Made by a program: the position numbers and the translations under genes. Of a stretch of DNA of 64,000 nucleotides, positions 20,077 through 29,811 are shown in pieces (the first letter of the stretch is position 1; every line of letters starts with the position of its first letter). Origin of the DNA: Lentisphaerota bacterium (GTDB taxonomy: Bacteria > Verrucomicrobiota > Kiritimatiellia > UBA8416 > JAIOPI01); contig JAIOPI010000021.1 in the NCBI GenBank assembly GCA_021413965.1, positions 220,671 to 284,670 of the forward strand, given 5' to 3'. The notes beneath the pieces were generated by a model. That model searched no databases. It was given only the letters and a program-made list of their open reading frames with translations, and was not told the DNA's origin.

Positions 20077-20865
20077 CTACGAGCTTGCTGAGGAATAGGC
20101 GCGGAGGCCGGCGCGCCAGAAGACGGCCACGACGACGATGAAGGCGGCGAGCACGGCGGAGACGTGGAGGAAGAGGCCGGGATCGAAGGGTTCGAAGAAG
20201 AAGCGCACGGGCACGGAGGCCATGAGCGCGAAGGGCAGCACCGTGGTGAGCAGCACGCGCACGGCGCCGGTGTAGATGCGGTCGGGGCGTTCGATGAAGC
20301 GCGTCATGTGCCAGAACATCATCTGCAGGCCCTGGCCCCGGTGCCACCAGAAGACGGGGATGATGGTCAGCATGCGCATGAGGTAACGGAGGAGGAACCC
20401 CATGCACAGCGAGCCGGCCAGCAGGATGAGCCCGCCCGGGGTGATGGGGCCGGTGTAGCGGCTGAGGAAGTAGCCGAGGATGCCGAAGGCCATGAGCAGG
20501 TTGACGAACGAGTTGGCGGCGAAGTCGCGCAGGCTGAGCATGAAGAGCGGCGAGACGGGCCGGATCAGGTGGTAGTCGAGATCGCCGCGGTTAATCGACT
20601 GGGGCAATTGATAGAGGTTGTTGGCGAGCACGGTCATGTCGAGGGCGTCGAGCAGCAGGAAGCAGCCGACGAAGACCATGGCCTGGTTTTCGTCCCAGCC
20701 GCCCAGCGTGGTGGTATGCAGGTAGATGATGCGGAAGAAGACGATGTCGATGAAGTAGAAGAAGACATCCATGACGATGCGGAAGCAGAAATCGACGCGG
20801 AACTCCATGGCGCGGCTGAAGGAGAAGCGCAGGCAGTAGCCGTAGAGTGTGAGGTAGCGCCACAT
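20077..20865 (-). CDS. ABC-2 family transporter permease
   Basis: The real start is MWRYLTLYGYCLRF (M119 of the ORF); 6 TM helices, ABC-2 type. A 1-nt TGATG overlap couples it to the upstream permease. Confidence 0.8.
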   Translation of the reverse strand: MWRYLTLYGYCLRFSFSRAMEFRVDFCFRIVMDVFFYFIDIVFFRIIYLHTTTLGGWDENQAMVFVGCFLLLDALDMTVLANNLYQLPQSINRGDLDYHLIRPVSPLFMLSLRDFAANSFVNLLMAFGILGYFLSRYTGPITPGGLILLAGSLCMGFLLRYLMRMLTIIPVFWWHRGQGLQMMFWHMTRFIERPDRIYTGAVRVLLTTVLPFALMASVPVRFFFEPFDPGLFLHVSAVLAAFIVVVAVFWRAGLRAYSSASS

Positions 20866-21641
20866 CAGATGCCCACCCCCGAGTACTGATGCTGGCCGCG
20901 CTCCCACACGAGGCGGTAGAGCAGGGTGCAGACGACGGCCCAGGCGGTCACGACGAGCATGCCGGATACCCAGCGCGCGGGGGAGGTCAGGCCGAGGAGG
21001 GTTTCCACGGGGAAGGCGATGAGGTAGGCGAAGGGCATCCGGTACAGGAGCGCATGCGCCCAGTCGGGGAAGAGCGCGAGGGGCAGCATGGCGCCGCCGA
21101 GCAGGGACGTGAGGAAGCGCATGATGACGACGAGGCTCCAGACGTTGTCGGCCCAGAAGGCGATGAGCTCCAGCGTGGCCACCAGGACGAAGTTCAGGTA
21201 GGCGGCGACGAGCAGGCACGCCAGCCCGCCCGCGACGGATGCGGGCGAGAGCGAAAATTCGGAGGGGATGCCGATGGTGAAGGCGAAGAGCGTCATGACG
21301 AGGGCGAACTGGGCGGCGAAGATGCAGACGTAGGCCGTGGCGGCGGCCAGCTTGTAGCGGAAGAATGAGACCGGGTAGACGAGGTAGCGGGTCAGCGTGC
21401 CGTTGTAGATCTCTTCGGAGATGTCGCCCATTTCACCGCCCTGGACCATGCGGGCCGCGAGTGGCGCGGCCAGGTAGTAGAGCATCATGCCGGTAAAGCT
21501 GAAGGCGCCGACGTGATCCACCCCGCGCGTCGTGTAGATCGCCTGCCAGAGAAACCAGGCGACGCCGAACTGGGCCAGCAGCGATCCGAGAAACTGCGAC
21601 CAGAAGTCCATGCGGTAGGAGAGGACCTTCCGGATCTCCAT
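20865..21641 (-). CDS. ABC-2 family transporter permease
   Basis: MEIRKVLSYRMDFWSQFLGSLLAQFG is a typical ABC-2 permease N-terminus; the alternative start 21710 has no Shine-Dalgarno. Confidence 0.75.
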   Translation of the reverse strand: MEIRKVLSYRMDFWSQFLGSLLAQFGVAWFLWQAIYTTRGVDHVGAFSFTGMMLYYLAAPLAARMVQGGEMGDISEEIYNGTLTRYLVYPVSFFRYKLAAATAYVCIFAAQFALVMTLFAFTIGIPSEFSLSPASVAGGLACLLVAAYLNFVLVATLELIAFWADNVWSLVVIMRFLTSLLGGAMLPLALFPDWAHALLYRMPFAYLIAFPVETLLGLTSPARWVSGMLVVTAWAVVCTLLYRLVWERGQHQYSGVGI

Positions 21642-21714
21642 GGTGAAGACCGCGAGGGGCCAGCGCGGGAACCCACTTGGCGGCGATGCGGTTGACGAGG
21701 TGGTGAGCATGAGA

Positions 21715-21970
21715 TTCAGGGGGGAAGGGGGGGAGTAGGAGTAGGGTTCAGGGTTCGGGGTTCAGGGGTACCGTACGGTTATGGGGTGACACTTTCGGGA
21801 TCGGATGTTCACGCAGAGACCACAGAGGGCGCAGAGAGGGACTGAAAGTCTGTGATCGCTGCATCGCTGCGTAAGATTCCTTCCCGAGACATTCAACATT
21901 CAACTCGCAACGTTCTTTCCTGAACCCTGAACCCCGAACCCCGCTTTCTCCCCCTCCTCCGCCCCCCGCA
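21715..21970. mobile_element. MITE-like element with ~55-bp terminal inverted repeats built from (GGGTTCN)3 plus G-runs
   Basis: Left arm ggggggaagggggggagtaggagtagggttcagggttcggggttcagggg; right arm cctgaaccctgaaccccgaaccccgctttctccccctcctccgcccccc; a 148-bp core lies between them. The element fills the whole 265-bp gap between the ABC ATPase stop and the permease start, where tight coupling is expected. Confidence 0.6.
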
Positions 21971-21974
21971 CGCG

Positions 21975-22952
21975 TCACCCTTTCTGGATGGCCTCGATGA
22001 TGGAGCTGATGTCCGGATCTTCGATGTTGAGGTCCTGGACGGTGAAGTGCTCGAGCAGGAACTTGGCGCCGTCGCCGGCGCGGTCGCGCCCGACTTTGAT
22101 CTGGATGCGATCGCGCGTGGCCTCCACGACCGAGCCCAGCGTGGCCGGCATGCCGGACAGGTCGGGGACACCCGCGGCGGGATCGAGTTGGGCCGTGACC
22201 AGCTTGTGCGGGGCGAAGTCACGCACGATACGCTCCAGGCTGCCATCGAAGACGACCGCGCCCTTGCGAATGATCACGATGCGGCGGCAGAGTTGCTCGA
22301 TGTCGTCCATGTAGTGCGACGTGACGATCATGGCCGGCTGGTGAACCTGGCGATACTCGAGCAGGAAGCTGCGGATGGCCCGCTGGGTGGTGATGTCCAG
22401 GCCGATGGTGGGTTCGTCGAGGAACACGACCTTGGGCTTGTGCAGCAGCGTGGCGATCAGCTCCATCTTCATGCGTTCGCCCAGCGAGAGGCGGCGGATC
22501 TGGGTGGTGAGCAGATCGCCCACGCTCAACTGGTTGCAGAGCAGATCGAGCTGCGCCTGGAATTCGGCGGGGGGGATGCGGTAGATCTCGCGCAGCAGCA
22601 GGAAGCAGTCGGCGGCGGGGAGGTCCCACCAGAGCTGGGCCTTCTGGCCCATGATCAGCGCGATGCGGCGGCGGAAATCGTTGTGACGCAGCCAGGGGAC
22701 GTGGCCGAGCACCGAGACCTGGCCACTGGTGGGGTGGATGATGCCGGCCAGGATTTTGACGAGCGTGGTCTTCCCGGCGCCGTTGGCTCCCACCAGGCCG
22801 ACGATCTCGCCGGCATCGACGTCGAGCGAGACGTTGTCGAGCGCCCGCTTGTCCTCCCACTGCCGCCAGAAGAGCGCGCGCAGCGACCCGCGCAAGCCGG
22901 GGGCCTTGCGATGGATGCGGTAGACTTTGGACACGTTCTGGACGTGAATCAC
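21975..22952 (-). CDS. ABC transporter ATP-binding protein (ABC-2/DrrA-like)
   Basis: GTG start VIHVQNVSKVYRIH with AAGGAA 5 nt upstream; Walker A GANGAGKTT, signature LSLGERMK, Walker B VVFLDEPT. The upstream part of the track ORF is shadow. Confidence 0.85.
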   Translation of the reverse strand: MIHVQNVSKVYRIHRKAPGLRGSLRALFWRQWEDKRALDNVSLDVDAGEIVGLVGANGAGKTTLVKILAGIIHPTSGQVSVLGHVPWLRHNDFRRRIALIMGQKAQLWWDLPAADCFLLLREIYRIPPAEFQAQLDLLCNQLSVGDLLTTQIRRLSLGERMKMELIATLLHKPKVVFLDEPTIGLDITTQRAIRSFLLEYRQVHQPAMIVTSHYMDDIEQLCRRIVIIRKGAVVFDGSLERIVRDFAPHKLVTAQLDPAAGVPDLSGMPATLGSVVEATRDRIQIKVGRDRAGDGAKFLLEHFTVQDLNIEDPDISSIIEAIQKG

Positions 22953-23004
22953 GCGATTCCTTTTCGACTGGCGGGTTCGCTGATCGTGTGTTATCGGGTG
23001 TCCC

Positions 23005-23868
23005 GTGGCAAGCACTTTACAAGTGGGCGCGTTGGCGCTGCTGGTTCTGGCCGGTGGCTGCCGCCGCGCGGAGCCGCCGACCCGGTCCCGGGTAGCGACC
23101 GAGCCTCCGCGTCCACAGGCAGACCTGCTCTGCAGCGCGGCTGCCGTTCGTCCCGGCGACGCCGTGACCGTCGGCATTCGCATCAGGCTCGAGCCCGGGT
23201 GGCACACCTACTGGATCAATCCGGGGGATGCGGGGGCGCCGCTGAGCGTGACGTGGCATCTGCCGGATGGCGTGACGGCCGGCGCGTTGCAGTGGCCGGC
23301 GCCGGTGCGTCTGGAAGAAGATGGACTGGTCAGTTTTGTGTACGAGCGCGAACTGCTCTGTCTGGCGACCGCGACCACGTCGCGCACGCTGCCGGTTGGG
23401 ACCCACCTGGAGCTGAAGGCCGATGTGGCGTGGATGGTCTGCCGGGACGTGTGCGTGCCGCATGACGCGGTGTTGTCGGCGTCGGTGCGCGTGGAATCCC
23501 GTTCCGAACCAGCGCCGGCGGACATGGTGTCCGCGCTCACGGCGGCGCGCGACGCGATGCCGGGAGTGGATGCGGGGTGGGCTTTTCAGGCGGCGGCCAC
23601 GACCGGCGCCGTGCAGCTGGTGGTCACGCCGCCGGTTGGCACGGACGCGGCGGTTCTGACGCGGGCCGACTTTTTCCCCGAGGCGCGCGGCGTGATTGAC
23701 TACGCCCAGCGTGGGCGATGGACGACGACCGGCGGGCGGGCCACGCTGGACATGGTGCGCAGCGGCGGGGATCTTCCGGCTGGAGGGCTGGCCGGTGTGC
23801 TGGTGTGGGCCTCGGGTGAGGAGGGAGCGCCCAAGGCCTTGGTGGTGATCGCGGATCGGGTGCCGTGA
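23005..23868 (+). CDS. DsbD N-terminal (alpha) domain-like lipoprotein / thiol-disulfide interchange accessory protein
   Basis: VASTLQVGALALLVLAGGC is a lipobox-like signal; GWHTYWINPGDAG is the hallmark of the DsbD alpha / CcdA-associated domain. A GTG start at 23005 (or 23023) is possible. Confidence 0.65.
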   Translation: MASTLQVGALALLVLAGGCRRAEPPTRSRVATEPPRPQADLLCSAAAVRPGDAVTVGIRIRLEPGWHTYWINPGDAGAPLSVTWHLPDGVTAGALQWPAPVRLEEDGLVSFVYERELLCLATATTSRTLPVGTHLELKADVAWMVCRDVCVPHDAVLSASVRVESRSEPAPADMVSALTAARDAMPGVDAGWAFQAAATTGAVQLVVTPPVGTDAAVLTRADFFPEARGVIDYAQRGRWTTTGGRATLDMVRSGGDLPAGGLAGVLVWASGEEGAPKALVVIADRVP

Positions 23869-23927
23869 GGGAAGGCGTGCGCGTCCGGTGGCGCGCCGCA
23901 AGCGGATCAAAAAGGGAGGGTGCAGAC

Positions 23928-24530
23928 ATGCAGGTGATGAGAATCCGGGGGTGGGCAGGGCTGGTCGTTGCGGGATTGGTGCTGGCGGGTTGGAATGCGC
24001 AGGCGCGGCCGGCGCCGGCGTTCACCTTGACCGACATCGCGGGAAAGGCGCACTCGCTGGCTGACTACAAGGGCAAGTATGTCGTTCTGGAGTGGACGAA
24101 TCCGGAGTGCCCGTTCGTGAAGAAGCACTACGGCAGCGGCAACATGCCGCGGCTGCAGCAGACGTATACGGCAAAGGGCGTGGTCTGGCTGACGGTTAAT
24201 TCGTCGGCGGCGGGCAAGCAGGGGAACCGGGATGCGGCCGCCTGGGTCACATGGCTCGCGGAACAGCATGCGGCACCAACCGCGCTGCTGCTTGATCCGG
24301 ATGGAACCGCGGGGCATGCGTACGACGCGAAAACAACCCCTCACCTGTTTGTGATCAACCCCGAGGGCGAGATTATCTACGAAGGAGCCATCGACGACCG
24401 GCCGACTTGGAAGCCTGAAGACATCGACGGCGCCAAGAATTACGTGTCCGGTGCGCTGGACGCGGCCATGGCCGGAAAGCCGGTCGAGCCGGCGCTGACG
24501 GCTGCCTATGGTTGCTCGGTGAAATACTAG
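23928..24530 (+). CDS. TlpA-like periplasmic thioredoxin/redoxin
   Basis: GGGAGGG SD; MQVMRIRGWAGLVVAGLVLAGWNAQA is a signal peptide; AFTLTDIAGKAHSLADYKGKYVVLEWTNPECPFV carries an atypical CxxC-position motif in a Trx fold. Confidence 0.8.
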   Translation: MQVMRIRGWAGLVVAGLVLAGWNAQARPAPAFTLTDIAGKAHSLADYKGKYVVLEWTNPECPFVKKHYGSGNMPRLQQTYTAKGVVWLTVNSSAAGKQGNRDAAAWVTWLAEQHAAPTALLLDPDGTAGHAYDAKTTPHLFVINPEGEIIYEGAIDDRPTWKPEDIDGAKNYVSGALDAAMAGKPVEPALTAAYGCSVKY

Positions 24531-24591
24531 TCAGCACGCCAAGGGCCGATGCACGGGCTGATGTTCGCCGCGCCAGGCGTGGCGGACGTCC

Positions 24592-24828
24592 TCAGGTAAT
24601 GGTCCACACGGCGACGCCTCCGGAATTGCGGCGCTTGGGGGAGTCCTGGTAGATGGGCCGTTCAGGCGGGCGAGGCTTGTGTTCCACCATCGGCATGTTG
24701 GGTTCCTCCATCTGTGTGGAGCCCGGATTGGCCGCCGGTTGGCTATGTGAGTGGGCGAGTTCCTGTTTCAGCGACCAAATCCACCAGGCGAAGAGCGATG
24801 CCATGCAGGCGGCGAGTATGGCGTTCAT
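24592..24828 (-). CDS. Small single-TM protein, hypothetical
   Basis: GGAGG lies 6 nt upstream of ATG MNAILAACMASLFAWWIWSLKQEL; GC3 is modest, so the call is weak. Confidence 0.3.
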   Translation of the reverse strand: MNAILAACMASLFAWWIWSLKQELAHSHSQPAANPGSTQMEEPNMPMVEHKPRPPERPIYQDSPKRRNSGGVAVWTIT

Positions 24829-25219
24829 AGGGGCCTCCATGCCGGACGACAGTTCTGGCTGGCTGGCACCTTGCCCCGAGCCTGAGTGCATCCGGCAAAT
24901 CATCGTTTAAAGCAGGAATCGGGCCGGATCGCGAAGCGCCGGTGATGCGGCACGTTTTGGCCTCGTTTGTGGCACGTACCGGGACGGAACCGCCGGTCCG
25001 GTGCCGCAAGTTTGAGACTTTTTGCGTTCGTGCAACCTGCGACGGTCGTGGTACCCGCCACACGCTGTGAGGGGTGACGGTTCTGGTAGAGGGGCGGGAC
25101 GGTGGCGTGGGAGGTGGAGCTTGACGGGGAACTGCTGTACACCGGATGCCGGCCGGACAGAAGGGACGGTGGACGCGGCGACACCATTGACGCGAGTCTA
25201 TTCGGGTGCGCCACGGGAC

Positions 25220-26092
25220 ATGGCGCGCATTCCCGGCGGTTCGTTTCTGATGGGCACGGCCGACCTGAGCGGCTTTCCCGACGATGGCGAAGGCCCCGTG
25301 CGTGAGGTGAGGCTGAATACCTTCCTGATGGATCGCCATGCCGTCACGAATGCCCGGTTCCGGGACTTCGTCCGGGACACGCATTATCGGACGGAAGCCG
25401 AAATGTTCGGTTGGTCCTATGTGTTTCGCCTGCTGGTGCCGCCCTATCTGCGACGTGAGTTGCAGGGGCGGGGAGAGACCGTGCTGGGGTTGGAATGGTG
25501 GTACCGGGTGCACGGGGCCAACTGGCGCCATCCATACGGACCGCAATCGAACATCCGCAACAGTCCAGACCTGCCGGTGGTGCATATTTCGCATCGCGAT
25601 GCCAGGGCTTACTGTGACTGGACGGGCGCGCGACTGCCGACGGAAGCGGAATGGGAATGCGCGGCGCGCGGGGGGCTGGTTCAGAAGACGTACGCCTGGG
25701 GCGATGAGTTGACTCCCGGGGGCCGGCACTGCTGCAACATCTGGCAGGGCACCTTTCCGGACATCAATACGGCGGAAGACGGTTATGTCGGGCCGGCGCC
25801 GGTTTTCACGTTTGAGCCAAACGGCTACGGGTTGTACAACATGGCCGGCAATGTGTGGGAGTGGTGCCACGACTGGTGGAGTGCGACGCATCACCAAACG
25901 GGACCGCGCGACAATCCGACGGGGCCGGCGGAGTCAACGGGCCGGCGCGTGATGAAGGGCGGTTCGTACCTCTGCCACCATTCCTACTGCAACCGCTATC
26001 GCGTCGCCGCCCGCACGTCCAACACCCCCGATTCCTCCACCGGCAACCTGGGCTTCCGGTGCGTGCGGGATGTGGCGGAGGACGTCGCCTGA
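25220..26092 (+). CDS. Formylglycine-generating enzyme (SUMF1/EgtB/PvdO) family protein, no signal peptide
   Basis: MARIPGGSFLMGT ... the RHPYGP-type segment ... NVWEWCHDWW ... GGSYLCHHSYCNRYRVAAR is the FGE-sulfatase domain. The start was set by residue index (M67). Confidence 0.8.
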   Translation: MARIPGGSFLMGTADLSGFPDDGEGPVREVRLNTFLMDRHAVTNARFRDFVRDTHYRTEAEMFGWSYVFRLLVPPYLRRELQGRGETVLGLEWWYRVHGANWRHPYGPQSNIRNSPDLPVVHISHRDARAYCDWTGARLPTEAEWECAARGGLVQKTYAWGDELTPGGRHCCNIWQGTFPDINTAEDGYVGPAPVFTFEPNGYGLYNMAGNVWEWCHDWWSATHHQTGPRDNPTGPAESTGRRVMKGGSYLCHHSYCNRYRVAARTSNTPDSSTGNLGFRCVRDVAEDVA

Positions 26093-26106
26093 GCGACTCG
26101 TCCGTG

Positions 26107-26129
26107 CCCGGAGGTCGCGGACCACCTGG
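26107..26129. repeat. REP family 1 single copy (inverted variant)
   Basis: cccggaggtcgcggaccacctgg is the reverse complement of ccaggtggtccgcgacctccggg; it lies between convergent FGE and the ABC permease. Confidence 0.55.
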
Positions 26130-26163
26130 GGTGGCAGCAGGCACGAGGAGGCTGCCACGCCGT

Positions 26164-27609
26164 TCAGCGCGAGCCGGCGGCGAGTTCGCGGCGGTGCAGG
26201 AGCCAGGCGGAAGCGGCGGCGAGGGTGCCGCCGTAGAGGCCCAGGAGGACGGCAACGTCCCGCGCCGCACGTCCCCAGGAAATCAGGATGCCATCCGACA
26301 GTGCGGCGAGAGGCGAGCGCCCAACCACCGGCGCGGCCATCGATTCCAGTCCGCGCAGCACCGCCTCGCTGATGGTCTGCAGATGCGAGGGACGGCTGAT
26401 CTGCTGTGTGGACATGGTCATGATGTCCGTGGCTTCCGACGAGGTGAAGTAGTGTCCGGTCAGTGCCAGGAGCACCACGGCAGAGGCGAAGAACGCCGCG
26501 ACTGGGAACGAGAAGCAGGTGCTGGCGGCCAGCCCGAGCGCACACAGCAGCCCAATCTGGCACCAGAGGACCAGCAGTGCTCGCATCAAATTCGGGCCGA
26601 ACGCGCTCTCTCGGATCAGCAACTCCACGCTGCGGTCGAGGTCGAACGCCACGGCGCCGGCTGTCTCGGCCGGCCCGTTCACGTAGGCGACGCTGAACGG
26701 TTCGCCGGGCCGGACCCAGCTGGCGGGGATCGCCACATGGCTGAGTCCGTGATCCACATTGGGCGCTGGAATATTCCAGCCGGTGCCGGGGTGTCCGTCG
26801 GGTCCGACGTGCCAGTGGCCCGTCAAGGGCCGCGCGGCACCCCAGGTGGGCGCCAGGCGGATACGCAGGGCGATGACCGGCGACGCCGGCAATGCGCGGG
26901 GCATGTCGATGATCCAACGTCGGGTCTGGCCGGGGGCCACCGTGGCGCGCTCGGCGAGCACGCGCTGGCGCAGCAGGACCAGCATCTTGCGGCGAGACAC
27001 CACCTCCGGGTTCCAGCCTTGGGCGGCGTACTGCTCCAGGCGGCGTTCGCATTCATCGGTGACGTCGTCCGGGCGGGGGGCGAGGGCGCGCTGCCCGACG
27101 AGTACTTGTTCGACCAGGGCCTGGCGTTCGGCGGGCGCGGCCGCGGTGCGGCGCAGCGTCACGTGCAGCATGGCATAGGTGCCAGCGCCGGCGATGGTCA
27201 GGAGCAGCCCGCTCAGCGCGAGCAGGCCCAGCCACTTGCCCAGCCACAGCTCGAGCGCGCGCACGGGGCCGACCCGGAGGAGGCGGAGCTGGCCCTGTTC
27301 AATTTCCGTGGCGATGCTGGCGCAGGAGCTCCACAACATGGCCACGCTCAGCAGGGTGGCGGAGAGGCCCAGGGTGTAGCTGAGCAGGACGCGCACGGTG
27401 CCCGCGAGCGTTCCATCGCCCGCGACCGTGGCCGGCAAGCCGAAAGTCACCAGCAGGATCATGGCGGCCATGCACAGGAGCAGGCGAGAGCGCAAGGCGG
27501 AGCGGAAGGCGAGCACGGCCAGGGCGGCGATACGCTGGACGGAGGCGCGGCCGAGCTGCCACGGCGTCTCATCCGGCTCCGGGCGCGCATCGGCGGAGGA
27601 AGCATTCAT
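26164..27609 (-). CDS. ABC transporter permease with a large extracytoplasmic loop
   Basis: N-terminal and C-terminal TM bundles flank a ~200-aa soluble insert. Its ATGA overlaps the stop of the ATPase gene. Confidence 0.75.
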   Translation of the reverse strand: MNASSADARPEPDETPWQLGRASVQRIAALAVLAFRSALRSRLLLCMAAMILLVTFGLPATVAGDGTLAGTVRVLLSYTLGLSATLLSVAMLWSSCASIATEIEQGQLRLLRVGPVRALELWLGKWLGLLALSGLLLTIAGAGTYAMLHVTLRRTAAAPAERQALVEQVLVGQRALAPRPDDVTDECERRLEQYAAQGWNPEVVSRRKMLVLLRQRVLAERATVAPGQTRRWIIDMPRALPASPVIALRIRLAPTWGAARPLTGHWHVGPDGHPGTGWNIPAPNVDHGLSHVAIPASWVRPGEPFSVAYVNGPAETAGAVAFDLDRSVELLIRESAFGPNLMRALLVLWCQIGLLCALGLAASTCFSFPVAAFFASAVVLLALTGHYFTSSEATDIMTMSTQQISRPSHLQTISEAVLRGLESMAAPVVGRSPLAALSDGILISWGRAARDVAVLLGLYGGTLAAASAWLLHRRELAAGSR

Positions 27610-28556
27610 GTGCGTTCGCCGGATAGGAAGGCGGCCACGCGCCCCGTGGGGGCGGCACCGGTCGGCGCGGCGGCGGAATCGCCGGCGTGTTCAATGACAT
27701 CCAGGAAGAACTGTTCCAGGTCGAGCGTGGGATGGTCGACGCGCGGCTCGCTTCCGATCTGGGTACGGAGGAGCGCCAGCACGGCGCGCATCTGCTCCGG
27801 CGGCAGGTTTGGTACGGTGAGCGTGACGGCGTCGGGCACTTTGAGCAGCGCCTGAACCGTCCCTTCGGCGCGGATGCTGCCGTTGTACAAGATGGCCAAC
27901 CGGTCGCAGACATCCTCAACGTCGGCCAGCAGGTGCGACGTCAGCAGGATGGTCTTGCCGCGTTTGGCCAGTGCCAGGATGAGGTCCTTGACCTGGCGGC
28001 AGCCGAGCGGATCGAGTCCGGCGGTGGGTTCGTCGAGGATCAGGAACTGCGGATCATTGATGAGGGCCTGGGCCAGGCCGACGCGACGGGCCATGCCCTT
28101 GGAAAATTCGCCCACGGGCCGGTCGGCGGCGTGCGTGAGTCCGGTCATTTCCAGCAGTTGGTCGGTGCGCAGGCGGCGCGTGGCGCGGTCGAGGGCGAAG
28201 AGGCGGCCGTAGAAGTCGAGCGTTTCACGCGGGGTGAGATAGCGATAGAGGTGCGATTCCTCGGGCAGATAGCCGATGTGGCGCTTGGTGTGGACGAGGC
28301 GAGGCGAGTTGCCAAGCACGCGCACGGTGCCGGCCGTGGGGAAGAGCAGGCCCAGCAGGATCTTGATCGTGGTGCTCTTGCCGGAGCCGTTGGGACCGAG
28401 GAGGCCGAACACCTGTCCGGAGCGGAGCGTCAGGTCCACGCCATTCACGGCACGCACGGTGGGGCGCCGCCAGAAGTCGCGGAAGACTTTCACGAGGCCC
28501 CGCACATCGACGACGGGTGGGGTGGCGTCCAAGGTCATGTGTGCGTTCTCCATCAT
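27606..28556 (-). CDS. ABC transporter ATP-binding protein
   Basis: GLLGPNGSGKST (Walker A), FSKGMARRVGLAQAL (signature), LILDEPTAGLD (Walker B). The start is MMENAHMTLD (ggaag SD); the alternative M34 is at 28538. Confidence 0.85.
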   Translation of the reverse strand: MMENAHMTLDATPPVVDVRGLVKVFRDFWRRPTVRAVNGVDLTLRSGQVFGLLGPNGSGKSTTIKILLGLLFPTAGTVRVLGNSPRLVHTKRHIGYLPEESHLYRYLTPRETLDFYGRLFALDRATRRLRTDQLLEMTGLTHAADRPVGEFSKGMARRVGLAQALINDPQFLILDEPTAGLDPLGCRQVKDLILALAKRGKTILLTSHLLADVEDVCDRLAILYNGSIRAEGTVQALLKVPDAVTLTVPNLPPEQMRAVLALLRTQIGSEPRVDHPTLDLEQFFLDVIEHAGDSAAAPTGAAPTGRVAAFLSGERT

Positions 28557-28587
28557 CCGTGGCTTCCGATTCTGCCTGACGTCATGG

Positions 28588-29568
28588 TCACACATCGGTG
28601 TGCTCGAAAGCGAGGGCGCCCAGTGCGAGCACGGCACCGGTGTAGGTGGCGGCGTAGGCGACGGCCCGCGCCACGTACGGCCAGGGAATGGTCCCGCCGC
28701 CGGTCAGCGCGTCCGACACCCAGAAATGCTGCCAGTTGGGGACGAGGCTGTAAAGCCAGGCACGCGCCGGCGTGGCGGGGGCGGGGCCGAACCAGAATTC
28801 CCAGAGCAGGCCCAGGACGAAGACCAACCCGCACAGCAGAAGGGTGGGGGCGGTGGCAAGACGGGTGGACAGGCTCGCGGCGAGGGCGGACAGGGGCAAG
28901 AGCGCCGCCGTGATCAGCACGCCGGCGGGGAGGATGCGCCAGTCGACTCGGAAATCGAATTCGGCGCGGACGCCGGTGCGGTCATAGGCGGCCGATACGA
29001 GGAAGACCACCAACAGGCCGGCCAGGACGAGGAGAAAGGCGGCGGAGCCGAACGGGGCGCGGCGCAGGTAATTCAAGATGCCGGCCGCCGCGAGGGCGAG
29101 GACGGGAGCCACCAGGAGCCAGGTGCCGGTGCGCCAGTCGATGAGGTTGCCTGCCAGTTGCGGGGTGATGGTCCACTTCTCGGCGACACGCTCGCTCAGC
29201 AGCGTGGCGAGCACGGCGCCGATCGAGAAGGCCATCACGACGCATGCGACCCCCGCGAACTTGGCGAGGAAGAAGGTGGTGCGGCCGACGGGCTTGCTCA
29301 GGACGGCGGCGGCGGTGCCGGTGCGCACTTCGCGGGCGAGGGCGGAACTCGCGGCCTGCACGGCCACGAGGAGTCCGAAAATAAAGTGGCAGGCCAATCC
29401 CGATTCGCGGGCGAGTTTTCCGTATTCGCCAAAGGCGTGCAGCAGCAGCAGGGGGGTGAGGGCCGTGAGGACGACACAGCCGCAGAAGAGCAGTAAAACA
29501 ATCGGCTGGCGCAGCGCTTCAACCGCTGTGAGTTTGGCCAACGCGAAAAAGGCATGACCCGGGCGCAT
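28588..29568 (-). CDS. ABC-2 type transporter permease
   Basis: [27 protein letters not shown]; 6 TM helices; the first gene of the permease-ATPase-permease operon. Confidence 0.75.
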   Translation of the reverse strand: MRPGHAFFALAKLTAVEALRQPIVLLLFCGCVVLTALTPLLLLHAFGEYGKLARESGLACHFIFGLLVAVQAASSALAREVRTGTAAAVLSKPVGRTTFFLAKFAGVACVVMAFSIGAVLATLLSERVAEKWTITPQLAGNLIDWRTGTWLLVAPVLALAAAGILNYLRRAPFGSAAFLLVLAGLLVVFLVSAAYDRTGVRAEFDFRVDWRILPAGVLITAALLPLSALAASLSTRLATAPTLLLCGLVFVLGLLWEFWFGPAPATPARAWLYSLVPNWQHFWVSDALTGGGTIPWPYVARAVAYAATYTGAVLALGALAFEHTDV

Positions 29569-29764
29569 GATTGCTCTCCCGTCCATCCTGTCCCGATGCA
29601 GGTGGAACGATTCCGCCGCGAATGTTCCCGCAGAGTCGTCGCGATGTCACTGTCGAAGTTCCGGTCGGAAGCGGGGAGACGGAGGGCCGATCGAACTGGC
29701 GACCCCGGTGCACGATTTCCTTGCCGGCGAATCGTGCAGGGGCTGCCTGCCTGACGAATGGATC

Positions 29765-29790
29765 CTCTGCGGAAGACCGCTTCCGCAGAG
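29765..29790. terminator. Perfect 11-bp stem hairpin downstream of pnp
   Basis: ctctgcggaag accg cttccgcagag lies immediately 3' of the pnp stop on the minus strand. There is no U-tract. Confidence 0.4.
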
Positions 29791-29811
29791 GTGGAACTTG
29801 CCGTCGCCTGA

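Noticed and set aside
21737-21770. (GGGTTCA)n as telomere-like or CRISPR-like repeats
   Set aside because: Only three units per arm, arranged as an inverted repeat rather than a regularly spaced array with spacers.
21748-21978. 76-aa ORF inside the TIR element
   Set aside because: Gly-run translation of the G-rich arm with no start context; it is treated as non-coding.
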